Part shown: positions 1-12,963 of the stretch, piece after piece
Layout: the number at the start of each line of letters is the position of its first letter
Numbering within the stretch: position 1 is the first letter of the stretch
NCBI RefSeq assembly: GCF_026571515.1
Contig: NW_026864322.1
Span: forward strand, 1-64,000
Direction of reading: 5' to 3'
DNA length: 64,000 nt
Source of the DNA: Ruditapes philippinarum
Taxonomy: Eukaryota
Translations under genes and position numbers: made by a program
The notes under the pieces: generated by a model
Told to the model about the DNA's origin: nothing
What the model saw: only the letters and a program-made list of their open reading frames with translations
The model's database searches: none

Positions 1-102
1 TTTTTATACTTTACTAGCTTATTTTACATGTTTACGGTTCATATACACCTGGTTCAATTTTAATCAATAACTCTACTGGTAAGATAAATGTAAAAGTTGC
101 CC

Positions 103-243
103 NNNNNNNNNNNNNNNNNNNNNNNNNNNNNNNNNNNNNNNNNNNNNNNNNNNNNNNNNNNNNNNNNNNNNNNNNNNNNNNNNNNNNNNNNNNNNNNNNN
201 NNNNNNNNNNNNNNNNNNNNNNNNNNNNNNNNNNNNNNNNNNN
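103..243. other. Assembly gap
   Basis: Run of N. Confidence 0.99.
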
Positions 244-328
244 GAATTTACTGTACAAAAGTATCAATGATATCGAGGGCATTAAATTAAATATATTTTA
301 AGCTGGCATGGAAATATGTTGAAAATAA

Positions 329-2735
329 CTTGTACAATGAACATGACTCACAGAGCACTACTTGTACAATGAACATGACTCACAGGGCACTACTTGTACA
401 ATGAACATGACTCACAGAGCACTACTCGTACAATGAACATGACTCACAGAGCACAACTTGTACAATGAACATGTCTCACAGAGCACTACTTGTACAATGA
501 ACATGACTCACAGAGCACTACTTTTACAATGAACATGACTCACAGGGTATAACTTGTACAATGAACATGACTCACAGAGCACAACTTGTACAATGAACAT
601 GTCTCACAGGGCACTACTTGTACAATGAACATGACTCACAGGGCACTACTTGTACAATGAACATGACTCACAGGGCACTACTTGTACAATGAACATCACT
701 CACAGAGCACTACTTGTACAATGAACATCATTCACAGGGCACTACTTGTACAATGAACATGTCTCACAGGGCACAACTTGTACAATGAACATGTCTCACA
801 GGGCACTACTTGTACAATAAACATGACTCACAGAGCACAACTTGTACAATGAACATGACTCACAGAGCACTACTTGTACAATGAACATGTCTCACAGGGC
901 ACTACTTGTACAATGAACATGACTCACAGAGCACTATTCGTACAATGAACATGACTCACAGAGCACTACTTGTACAATGAACATGACTCACAGAGCACTA
1001 CTTGTACAATGAACATGACTCACAGGGCACTACTTGTACAATGAACATGACTCACAGAGCACTATTCGTACAATGAACATGACTCACAGAGCACTACTTG
1101 TACAATGAACATGACTCACAGAGCACTACTTGTACAATGAACATGACTCACAGAGCACTACTTGTACAATGAACATGACTCACAGAGCACTATTCGTACA
1201 ATGAACATGACTCACAGAGCACTACTTGTACAATGAACATGACTCACAGAGCACTACTTGTAAAATGAACTTGACTCACAGGGCACTACTTGTACAATGA
1301 ACATGACTCACAGAGCACTACTTGTACAATGAACATGACTCACAGGGTATAACTTGTACAATGAACATGACTCACAGAGCACAACTTGTACAATGAACAT
1401 GTCTCACAGGGCACTACTTGTACAATAAATGAACATGACTCACATGTAAAATGAACATGACTCACAGGGCACTACTCGTACAATGAACATGTCTCACAGA
1501 GCACTACTTGTACAATGAACATGACTCACAGAGCACAACTTGTACAATGAACATGACTCACAAAGCACTACTTGTACAATGAACATGTCTCACAGAGCAC
1601 TACTTGTACAATGAACATCACTCACATGGTATAACTTGTACAATGAACATGACTCACAGAGTATAACTTGTACAATGAACATCACTCACAGAGCACTACT
1701 TGTACAATGAACATGACTCACAGGGCACTACTTGTACAATGAACATGACTCACAGGTTACTACTTGTACATGAACATGTCTCACAGGGCACTACTTGTAC
1801 AATGAACATGACTCACAGAGCACTATTTGTACAATGAACATGACTCACAGGGTACTACTTGTACAATAAACATGACTCACAGAGCACTATTCGTACAATG
1901 AACATGACTCACAGAGCACTACTTGTACAATGAACATGACTCACAGAGCACTACTTGTACAATGAACATGACTCACAGAGCACTATTTGTACAATGAACA
2001 TGACTCACAGGTTACTACTTGTACAATAAACATCACTCACAGGGCACTACTCGTACAATGAACATGACTCACAGGTTACTACTTGTACAATAAACATCAC
2101 TCACAGGGCACTACTCGTACAATGAACATGACTCACAGGGCACTACTTGTACAATGAACATGTCTCACAGAGTACTACTTGTACAATGAACATCACTCAC
2201 AGGGCACTACTTGTACAATGAACATGACTCACAGGGCACTACTTGTACAATAAACATGACTCACAGAGCACTATTTGTACAATGAACATGACTCACAGGT
2301 TACTACTTGTACACTGAACATGTCTCACATGGCACTACTTGTACAATGAACATCACTCACAGGGCACTATTTGTACAATGAACATGACTCACAGGGTACT
2401 ACTTGTACAATGAACATGTCTCACAGGGAACTACTTGTACAATGAACATGACTCACAGGGCACTATTTGTACAATGAACATGACTCACAGGGTATAACTT
2501 GTACAATGAACATCACTCACAGAGCACTACTAGTACAATGAACATGACACACAGAGCACTACTTGTACAATGAACATGACTCACAGAGCACTACTTGTAC
2601 AATGAACATGACTCACAGAGCACTACTTGTACAATGAATATGACTCACAGAGCACTAATTCTACAATGAACATCACTCACAGAGCACTCCTTAAACATTG
2701 AAATGACTAACATATCACTACTCGTACAATGAACA
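329..2735. repeat. 32-bp minisatellite, about 75 copies (consensus CTTGTACAATGAACATGACTCACAGRGCACTA)
   Basis: Period of 32 seen directly (e.g. units start at 361 and 393). The array degenerates around 2690-2735. Confidence 0.97.
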
Positions 2736-3803
2736 GAGCGCTTCTCACACAGTCAATAGCCGTAAGGTTACCTAAATCTCTATACAAATCACTCCTCATA
2801 CATAACCTATTTACATGCTGCCCTTATCCCATTAACCCATTCCTGCATGATCACTTTGTGAAAAATGGCTATTTTCATTGAAACGCCTCATGCTACAAGT
2901 TCAAATTTCTATGAAACTGTAAAAGATGCTTCAATATTCATCAAGCGTGGCACAAATGTTGACTGGACCATAGCCTTTGTCATGCTTAATTTCAAATTTC
3001 ATGTTACCATGGCAACGAGAGGACATTGCAAAAGTGTTAAAAGTCACTAATCTGCGTTGATTTGTTCCACCAAAACTAATTTCATTGTGCTACAACTTCT
3101 CAATTGATTGAGTTTGAGTTAAAGGCTTTTCAGCGTTGGTTACACGTTACCTTCTGACCGACCTGAGGCCAATTCCAAGTCCAAAATCTTCGTGACGATG
3201 AGGGGAGCCGCTGTCCCCATTCAAACCCCTAAGCAGAAGGGGACACATTTATTTGAAACCTTTGTTTCACGAAACATTATACTTATTTTCATGTTCAATA
3301 GTTACATTTATTCCGTTCATATAAATCTGCATTGAATAGACAACAAATAACAACAAAGGAAAGTGTGATTGCTCAGCGAATAACATCTGTAAAATACAAC
3401 GTAGGTCATAGTTGCCACATTTGTCTGAAAAATTGGTTTTCTGTTTTTCACACGTGGTCCACTGAAAGTGTAAATATCCATCGGAATAATCTGTTACTTT
3501 CAATTAATAAAAATAGCGGGGCAAATATTTATATAACATATTTAAGCTAAATTATGTTTCATCCTTAACATTTTACAATGTCAACAGTTGGTCAATAACC
3601 ATTATAACAGTGGTGATTCTTTTGAAATATATTATCGATTCAGTTCAACTTGACAACGAAAAATCAGAATAATTTCACTTTAAGATACAATGTCTTTATA
3701 TATACACACATCATGGCAATGAGTTAAAGATAAGAAAACCTGTGTATATTCCACTGATATTAATACGTGTTTAACCACGACTGTAGACCTTAAAACTGTT
3801 GAC

Positions 3804-6800
3804 ATGAAAGTTATTGGGATTATTTTGCTTTTTGGAGGAGTATGTAAGTAAATTTCAATGACTGAAGTTTTGTTTTAAGGTCCACTATGTCTCAGATATG
3901 TTATCATTTTAAGTCTCAAAAATATTCTATTTTTGGTATCTTGGTACAGTTTCTAAAACTTCAACTTCAAAACTTTATTGCATTAAACAAATACATGTTT
4001 ATAGCAAGTACAAAATATATAAACACAAACAACACAAGTACATGGATTTTTTCAGAAGAGCCTTACAATCCTATGAATAAAATACAGATCACATTTGATA
4101 GGATTAATTTCTTAAAGTGTTAGCATGATATATAAATTTGCTTAAACCATTAATCACAGTTAACGATGATTCAGACATTAAATTGATAAACTTTTGCTTA
4201 GTCGGCCATGTGTAGTAATACCGTTTAAGATACTTTTTTCTCAAATCGGAGAACTTCATTAAATTGGCAATTTTCACAAAAACGTTCATTTCTTGGAATA
4301 TTACGATATCTTCCATATTCTATAGCTAAATTATGAGACGATGTTCTGAATCTAGATAAGGCTATTCTATACTTTGGTTCTTTAATTACACTTAAGTATT
4401 TTTCTAAATCAAAAGTATGTTTAAATAAACTGTATGTATCAAGACGAGGTGAATTATTTATCAAGGTATACCATTACGTCATTTGCCATATAGATGAACT
4501 ATGTTTTGCTTCTTTATCTCTTTTGGTTTGGTATAAATATAGTGAATTTGTATTTTGCATGAAAGTCAAAATATTACTTTGGTTACACTTTGCTACCTTT
4601 GTAACACACTACAGCAATTTTAAGTGATATTCTCTTCTTTTACAAACATCTATCATGATTTAAATCCATTATTTAATCATTTTAAACACAGGTTTGACAT
4701 TTCTAAAGAATTTTATTAAAATATGCATTTCTGAAGCATAATGTGCCTTTTAAAACGAAATATTAAATATGTCAAGGCCTATGATTGTGGGCAAATAGGA
4801 ATTTCTTTTTTTAAGTTTTAACACATATTAATTCAAATATTAACGTGTCTCTTGTGTTTGTTAACCATAATCATGATGCCTACAAAATATTTTCAAACAA
4901 ACCAAAATAAATGAAGAAACAAACAGATAGATAAAAAATTAAACAAACAAAAGAATAGAAAGCATTGTTTTATTTCTACATTCATGTTAAACGTTTGTCG
5001 ATCATTTTTGAAAATTTCTAAAAAGTTATTTTACTTTGCTTTACAAAAACTTTTTAGCTATAACTATTTTACTTTTAGGGAGCTGTCCAAATGGGTGGAT
5101 AAGACACGAATCGTCATGTTACCATTTCAGCCATGACATGGAACCCTGGACAGGGGCCGATGTAAGAAGCTCGCATATCACTTTTATTAGTTCAGATTGT
5201 TAAACCATTGGCCATCTTGTTTATATACCGTTTCCACATAACGTCTTTTGTTACTCGTCGATATCTTAGATAATTGGTATATGGCACATGTATACATACA
5301 TATAAGGCACATTTTTCGTTGGTAGCGCTTTGAAAGTCGCTATCGTCAGCATTAATGATTTAAAATTGATTTGTTTTGTAATTACCCCATATGTTGCCAA
5401 TGTCGTTTTTTAGATTGACATAAGAAATATAAATTTGATGTTACCGTAGTTCTTTATTTATTCAAAGATTTGCTTCCATTTTATGCCTTGAAATGTTTGA
5501 TTTACTTTGTTGTCATTTTAAAACACATTTTACGACAATAATTATAGTTACCATATTTTGAAATTTCTTTTGTAGAATTTGTATAATTTCGTTATTGCGT
5601 TCATGCATTTATATTAATTTTGCAATTTCATTGTGTCAGTCTTGGGCTGGAAAGAGCATGATTTAGATATTTTGGACTCTAAAAATGAAATGTACTGAGT
5701 CTACAAAAAGCACGATGACGGATGTGTATTTGATATAGATATTTTGGATCCTGAAATGTAAACGAGGCTAAATGTGATATGATTCGAAAATAATGATTTT
5801 CTATTGGAACATCACGTGATTCAAACGCTGAAAGTTCATCGATTATATTTTGCAACACATCAAATGGACGTTTGTTATCAGCATAATACTTTCATGTTTG
5901 TCTCTGTTTTGTTTTCTTTGTATTTTGTTTGTTTGTTTGTTGTTTTTTTTTTCTTTTTTTCGGGTGGGGAGGGGGTTGTTAGTTTTTAGTTTGAGAAGTC
6001 TAAAATGATTTCTACTTTCACATTTGGAGTAAAAATTTCAGTATATGTGTAACAAGATGGGTGGAAAACTGGTTGAAATTGAGACTGCCGCAGAAAATGC
6101 TGTGTTGAGGCCTATTGTTGATTCGATGAATCGTATGTCATTTTATCGTGTTAATTTGTGTATTTTTTATATTCGTGATTTATATTGCTTTAATTTAACT
6201 AAATACCTTTCAAATTTGTAAGCAAAGGAAATCGTATAAGTAAAAATAATTCTACTGATTCACCTCTAGTTATAAAAAAAAAAACAAAAAAAAACTGAAT
6301 ATTGAATAAATTTACTTTGAAATGAGGACAAATGACTTTAGCATTGGCAGCATTTAATAAATTTACTTTGAAATAATGACAAATGACTTTAGCTTTGGGA
6401 GTATTTAATAAATTTACTTTGTAATAACGACAAATTGCTTAAGCTTTTGGATTACTGAATACATTACTTTGATATAATGACAAATTGCTTTAGCTTTGGC
6501 AGAAATAAATAAATTTACTTTGAAATTATGAGAAATTGCTTTAGCTTTGGCAGTATTGAAAAAAATTGCTTTAAAATAATGACAAATTGCTTTTGCTTCG
6601 GGAGAACTGAATAAATTACTATGTGAGTAATAAAACCAAAAAGTATCTTTGTTAATAAAGTATCAAACTTTTGCGGAATAGATTGTTCGTTGAATAGAAA
6701 ATATAACATGTATTTATGCCAGGAACTTATTGGATTGGTCTTAGCGATGTTCAGGAAGAAGGTGTTTGGATGTGGATGTCCAGTCGAACTAAATTGAGTA

Positions 6801-7731
6801 CAACTGGATTCGTTAGCTGGAACAAAGGAGAACCAAACAATGGCCTTGGAAATGAGAATTGTGTGACAATAATCCATGGTACAGGCGGAAAGTGGAACGA
6901 TTGGCATTGTATCGGAGAAACCTTCTATATTTGTGAACAAGAAGGGTATGGACTAATTAATATCTATTTCTCATTGTTAAGTTTGCATAGGGGTCATGGA
7001 AAAATATTTTGTTAATGAGTTTGAATTTCCACTTCTAAATTTTCAGAAATCATGAAAACCTTTACGACATTGTTTTATAAAACTATTTTGTCTTTCTTCA
7101 GTTTCTGTTACTTTGTTACTTCTGACATTTTTTAAAGTTTTTTTCTGATATGTAAATACAAGTAGCTATTTGTTTTACCGACAGTCACTTTTAATGTAAT
7201 TCAACAGCTATTATACGAGAGGTGCGTTTCTTGGCAACATAAGTCTTATGACTTCCAGAACCTCACCCCCCCCCCAAAAAAAAGTCAATGCTCATCTAAA
7301 CAGCGCGCATTGGAATTGCATGAGATATATAATTATATAGAAAAATAATGAATCAAATCTTGTGCTGCATATAATTAAATGTTAGCTCTGAACATTTAGT
7401 TTGTAAATTTTATCAGATGAATAAGGATTCTGGTCTTTGTGTACAACTATCTTAATTTCCTTGTTCGTTGAAAGACGTAAGCATGAAATACATATATATC
7501 GCTTAGCTATTTGAGACACAATTAACTGCGAAACAATTGGAATGAGGGGAGACAGTGTTTTATACGTCATGCATTCATAGATGAAATGTTAAGGACGGCT
7601 TGGACGATTGGCCTTTACACTGCGTCGCTCTTTTTAAATATTACTGCTTTATTTCTGGATCACCTTTTGTATACTGTTTACTGATATCAGTTTAATATAT
7701 TTGCAGGGAAACGGATGGTATTGTTGGATAA
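3804..7731 (+). CDS. Secreted single-CRD C-type lectin (perlucin-like), lectin 1
   Basis: Exons 3804-3843 (MKVIGIILLFGGV), 5079-5161 (WSCPNGWIRHESSCYHFSHDMEPWTGAD), 6042-6132 (YMCNKMGGKLVEIETAAEN...), 6723-6945 (YWIGLSD...EPNN...ENC...WND...C...YICE) and 7707-7731 (ETDGIVG*). All introns are GT-AG, the frame is continuous, and phases are 1/0/1/2. Confidence 0.9.
3878..4748. mobile_element. Non-autonomous TIR element (Kolobok-like, AGG termini at a TTAA-like site), interrupted by a LINE fragment
   Basis: Termini AGGTCCACTATGTCTCAG...CTGAAGCATAATGTGCCT. The body at 4480-4748 aligns by eye with the uninterrupted copy at 31917-32224. Confidence 0.7.
3956..4475 (-). mobile_element. 5'-truncated non-LTR retrotransposon 3' end (CR1 group, Zenon-like)
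   Basis: Frameshifted ORFs 4225-4464 and 4104-4316 carry RFRTSSHNLAIEYGRY...RNERFCENC and LRKKYLKRYYYTWP, the typical C-terminal zinc-knuckle region. AATAAA and a short repeat tail lie near 3960-3980 on the - strand. Confidence 0.85.
6297..6625. repeat. 51-bp minisatellite, about 6 copies, in intron 3 of lectin 1
   Basis: TTTACTTT recurs at 6311, 6362, 6413 and onward. Unit is roughly GAATAAATTTACTTTGAAATAATGACAAATTGCTTTAGCTTTGGCAGTATT. Confidence 0.9.
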
Positions 7732-9492
7732 TACGTATGTCGTGTGTAAAGTCTGATTTTACTTTATTTCCTAACAAAGAAATACAAAGTTATGAGAATT
7801 TTTTTTTGTAGCATTTATTTATATTCTCCATAACCGTTTCGTCTCTTTAATTTTTTGGTCCTGTGATAAATTTACTTAACAGAAACACCTATCGTGTACC
7901 TGTTTTCTGTTGTTTTTTGTTGTTGTTGCTTTTTTTTTTTAATTTACCAAGTGATATGAAGATTGTGCGATAACTTGTATTTCGTATCATGTTGATGAAA
8001 GGACAACAAAATAATTCAAGCCAATTCATTAAGAATTCTGGTCTTAAAAGTTTTTATTTTTTCATTTTAATATGTACATGTATTCAAATATAAGAAGTTC
8101 ATCATTTTTTATATTGCAAAATTCCAGTTTTTAAATCTTTGGCTGCTATCCTCGGCCGAATTCTGTAAACAGTATAATTGCTTTTTCTGTGAAAGGACCA
8201 ATATAATTCTAGTTCCTTTGGGACAAGGCATTACAAGCTTTTAAAGCAGCAGACCTCCGGATTTGTGTTAATTTTCATGTAAACTTTAGAAATATATTTG
8301 ATAGTGAAATATTGTGAGGTGAATAAAAATAGTTATTTACGTATTGAAATCGGCACTTACAATCAAAGAAAATTACCAAAAAAGGGGTCAACATATGCAA
8401 AAACGGCCCTTACTGTGTTAGTAACGCAGTAGAAATAATTCTTAAACCACACATAACATGTAAAATATAACTTGGATCTTGAATGTTTTAACCTTTCTAA
8501 AAATGTCAGAACATTTTTCTCGAAATTGATTTTTTAAAAATATTTTGGCTTATCTGGAGGCTTGAAGCTTTAAAAATCTTCTACTATTATTCTGAAAGTG
8601 ACCCTATGTTCATGAAAGTGTAAAGCCAAGTGTAAATGATGGATGTCCAGGTCAGAGTCAGCTTGGATAGTCTAGTTTATGTGTATAATTAATATACCAC
8701 AAGACTGAAAGGAAATTTTATAAATATCCTTTGGGAAGAATATTTAGCGTTCAATTGATAAAGGGGTACTCTTCTTACATTTAATTTTAGTTGTTATATT
8801 TAACTCTTAACATTTTTCATTACCAGTTATTAGTCAAAAACCATTACAATAGTCCATTTATTTTAAACATACAGCTCATTCCGCTCACAGAAATGTACTC
8901 AATATCTCTTTAAGATTCGTGTCAAATGTGCTGGTAAAAATAACATGTTAAAATGAAAAGTCCTGTTTAACTACATTACATGCATCAACGAAAAGCAAGA
9001 TTACTCTTTGAAACTGTGATGAAAAATACAATCAACTCTTCTCCTTGTAACTAAATATCATTTTTGCTAGACTAAGTTTTATCTTTTGCTTGGGGAATAC
9101 AATTAAAACGAAGATTCCTCTTTTTAAATACAAAAGAAAATTTTAAGGGCCGATCACGTTTCACTTTAATGATGGAAACCAATAGTAGTATACTACTACC
9201 AATGACTGAACAAACATATAAAAGAAAAAGATATATATCGAAACAAAGCGTGTACATTTTCTTAAAAAGCATCCATTCAGTATATTGATCATTGACGCGT
9301 TGTTGTTCCTCGTTCATGACAAATTACTTCAAAAGAAACACAGATATCTTAAATATTTTGTGTGTTTAGACTGACATTGCCACAATCTCAATTTTATCAT
9401 TACTTATTATAACTGGCATTTGTGAACATCTGAAAACGAAGAACAGAGATATCTTGCATAATATACCCGCAGGAAAATAACTATAGTAATAA

Positions 9493-11584
9493 CCCAGCAG
9501 GCACATCAACGTTGTTTCAACGTTGAATTATGGTCAGATTTCAACGTTGAAATAAGGTTGGATTTATATTCGGATTTGAAAGTTGAAACAACGTTGAAAT
9601 TTCAACGTTGATACAACGTTGCAGCTTCAACGTTGGTACAACGTTGACGTTTCAATGTCATTTCAACGTTGAAAACCCACCATACTTTAATTTTTGGATA
9701 TAAAGCAAAGTTACCGAGTTTAACATAATATCAAGACAATATTAAATACTTCAGATATTTTATTTAAAAAATACAGTTCAAGTGCAGCTTAAATTCACTT
9801 TAATAGTTTTACAATTAAGCTACAATCTGTGCCCATCTTTTCTTCTAGATCTTTCTGGGTATGTCAGGTGTTTGAGTACTTCTTTGGCTGTCTATTACTG
9901 CTTCTGCAAATAAAAATAAGAAGTTGTTGACTTGGTCAATCTCAAACTATACATATAAATACTCAACTTATTGATTTGTTTTTTCTCTTAAAATGCTTTT
10001 CTCTAAGATTTACATCATAAAACAGCATAGAAATTGAAACATAGCCAAGTTTCATATTGACAGCAAATACTGTATATAAGACAACAAAATCTTTTTAAAA
10101 AGAAGCTATTTAAAAGTCTCACCTATGATTGGTAAGAAAAACTGCTCCCCGTCAGTAGCTTGCAGCATATTCCCAAAAAATTAACATTCTAGGCTCTAGC
10201 TAAGACCATTCTATGCAGCATCCTGAAATCAACAAACATGTAAATTTTATATTAATAATGTTACAGGAATATTCAGAAAATAATATATTTTAAGACAAGA
10301 TAAATATCCAGTAGTTGAAAAATTTATACTTTGTATTGTAAATAAATTCAAATATATAAATTAATAAGAATTAATTTCAATTTAACAAACCTGACAGTCC
10401 TTTTCATGTTGAGTGTATGGTATACAGACTACAGCTGCAATACTCTAAATTTCAGCCAGGACCAGGATCTAGAATATAAAATAATATATTATAAAATAGA
10501 AATAGATTTATCATTCCCTATAAATTCAACTTTAAAGTTTAACACTCAACTTTGTTATTTAACTTAATAATAATGTATTTTTTTCAAACTAATTAACACT
10601 GTATTATACTATCACTAAAACATAGACATAGTTATATATATTGTCTTGGGATGTAAATTATATGGGCCGAACTACTTAATAGGTTTCAGTTTTATAATTG
10701 ATTAAATTCTAATTAGGATATAGTACAGACAAATGTTTAATAATATGAAAAATAAATTAAAGAAAGACAAGATTTGTAAAATCATAAATTGCCAAGGACA
10801 TCAATAACTTCGTGTTTACAATCAAGGCCTACTGTACCGAACACAAATCATTCAATTAGGTCGCGAAAACGTGTCAAATCAACTCAATCACGTGTTTTCA
10901 TCTCTCTTTTATTTCATAAATTAAATTAAAGTAGAATTTTAAGAATAAATAATAATATTTTAGAAAATAATCAGTAAACAAAAGTAAAACATTACGGTAA
11001 TACCTTCGAAATCCAAATAAATTGCCAATCGTGTTGTTTTCAAATTTTCCAAACAGCGCCACCATTTGCACGAACGATAATCATAGACCAACAAACAAGA
11101 TCATAGACCGCAATAATTACTTCCCCTGACCAGCGTTATTTTATAAACGGGGTTTTGACTAATATCAATTTATTAATTAATATTATTCATAAAGAACTAA
11201 AAAATAAAACAACAAACAACAAAACATATTAACTAACATTTAAAGCGTTAATATAAAGTGAAAAATTATTTCCAACTTTATTTGTTTAAGCGCTAATTTT
11301 GAATATACGGAAAAAGATTGTAATTAACGCAAATTTTCCTGACAAAATCACTTACAGACTTATTCAATAAAGGAATATTAAATAACACAAAATTAGTGGT
11401 ATAAAGGTTTATATAATGATTAAACTAAATGTAAAACTTCGACCATAAACAACGTTGAATCAACGTCGTATATACATTGGCAATATATCCGTATGTCCGT
11501 CCATAGTTGAATATTGGTTGAACAACGTCACGACCATTTTTCAACGTTGTTTCAACGTTGAAACAACGTCGAGTGCCTGCTGGG
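9493..11584. mobile_element. Non-autonomous DNA transposon, EnSpm/CMC-like
   Basis: Perfect terminal IR CCCAGCAGGCAC / GTGCCTGCTGGG, AA on both flanks (2-bp TSD), and many subterminal CAACGTTG palindromes at both ends. Confidence 0.85.
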
Positions 11585-12963
11585 AAAACATATTCAATCC
11601 AGATTAGTAAAAATAAAGAACGAGCCAACCGCTCAAACACTGTTTGATTCCGTTTAAGGTTCGTTTCATGTATTACTTTGGAAGGTCTTCTCTACATAAA
11701 CGTAAGACAGAAAGCCCTAGGCCAAGCATAACGTCTCGGGATATTCGCGTGGCATGGTCGTTGTTTGGACCGGCGACTTTTCTGAAACATTCGAAAGCAA
11801 CATCATGGTGACAAAATCCTTCTGAAACTGAGATCTTTATAATTTAGAATGATCAAAACAACGTTATGACAATGAGATTTGGTAGAAGTTAGAAGGTTTT
11901 TACAGAAATACAAGACCTAAAGCCCTAACCAAAGAAAAATGTCCGAGAGGTTCGCGTGGTATGGCCATTTTGGAACGGCGATTCGCGTTTTTTTTCCTGT
12001 ATATAAAGTATATAAATTTACGTAAAAAGCACCATTTTCACGAGCCAATCGTTAAAACACCATTTGTTTGAATCCGTTGCTGATTCGATTTATATTATCA
12101 TATATCACTCGTATTAAAACAATATAGTTAATTTCTACAGGATTGTGTTGCTACAAACATTTTCAGCTGGATCTCACGTATAATATGCATGCATTTAATT
12201 TAACAAATTGATTAGGAATCTACATAGTTACGAAAGGAAAAGGCAGTAACTAATCAAGACAGAGCATTACACCATAAGGCTTCTTTATTTCTAATAACAT
12301 GAGTTCCATTAGTCTTTTCAAGTTTCAAATTTAACTTTTTTTCAGTCCCAAACTGATACAATATTGTCATATTTACAGATAATTATTTGTTCTGTGACGC
12401 ACAAAACATCACCAAGATAATATTCTCTTTTGATCAAACCTCGACTGTACTACAATAAAATTCAGCTTCAACACTGTCAGAAGCACATACATGACCAAAA
12501 AAACGACTAGTCTTATGTTATTCATAACTAAAATAATCACTCAATTTTGAACCACCAACACTTCTATCTATTATGTAGTTGGTGTAAGTAAATGTGTGTC
12601 AGTCCATGTGATATTTTGGGACAGGTTATGTGTATTTTTCGAATCAGTTTGTTTTGTTTCGTATAGCTATATGTAATGAAAAGTGTTGCCTTATAACAAA
12701 CACTACTGGCTATAATTCAATCAGATTTGAGTTTGCAAAAAGGTTTTTGACTTTCTTCTTAACTTTAGTTGACTCTCAATATAGATAACATTATGATTCA
12801 AAATGAGTCATGTTAATTAGTTCGTCAGTCTTTAGTGTCTAGTGTCTTATCAGTAGAATTAAAGATAACAGATGAGAAAGGCTTAATTTCATACTAAACA
12901 AAACTATTGTTATTCATTGTGGTGTTTTCTTTTGTTTACAATTGTTTTTATGTGAAGTGGACA

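Noticed and set aside
329-2735. CRISPR-like array of 32-bp repeats
   Set aside because: The units are head-to-tail with no unique spacers, there are no cas genes, and the context is eukaryotic.
2832-3245. Possible piggyBac-like MITE (TTAACCCATTCCTGC) containing an RFX-like GTTACCATGGCAAC palindrome
   Set aside because: The right terminus is poorly matched and there is no second TTAA.
11610-12090. Locally duplicated GC-richer blocks (CGAGCCAAYCG..., TTCGCGTGGYATGG)
   Set aside because: Short degenerate duplications with no definable unit, termini or coding signal.
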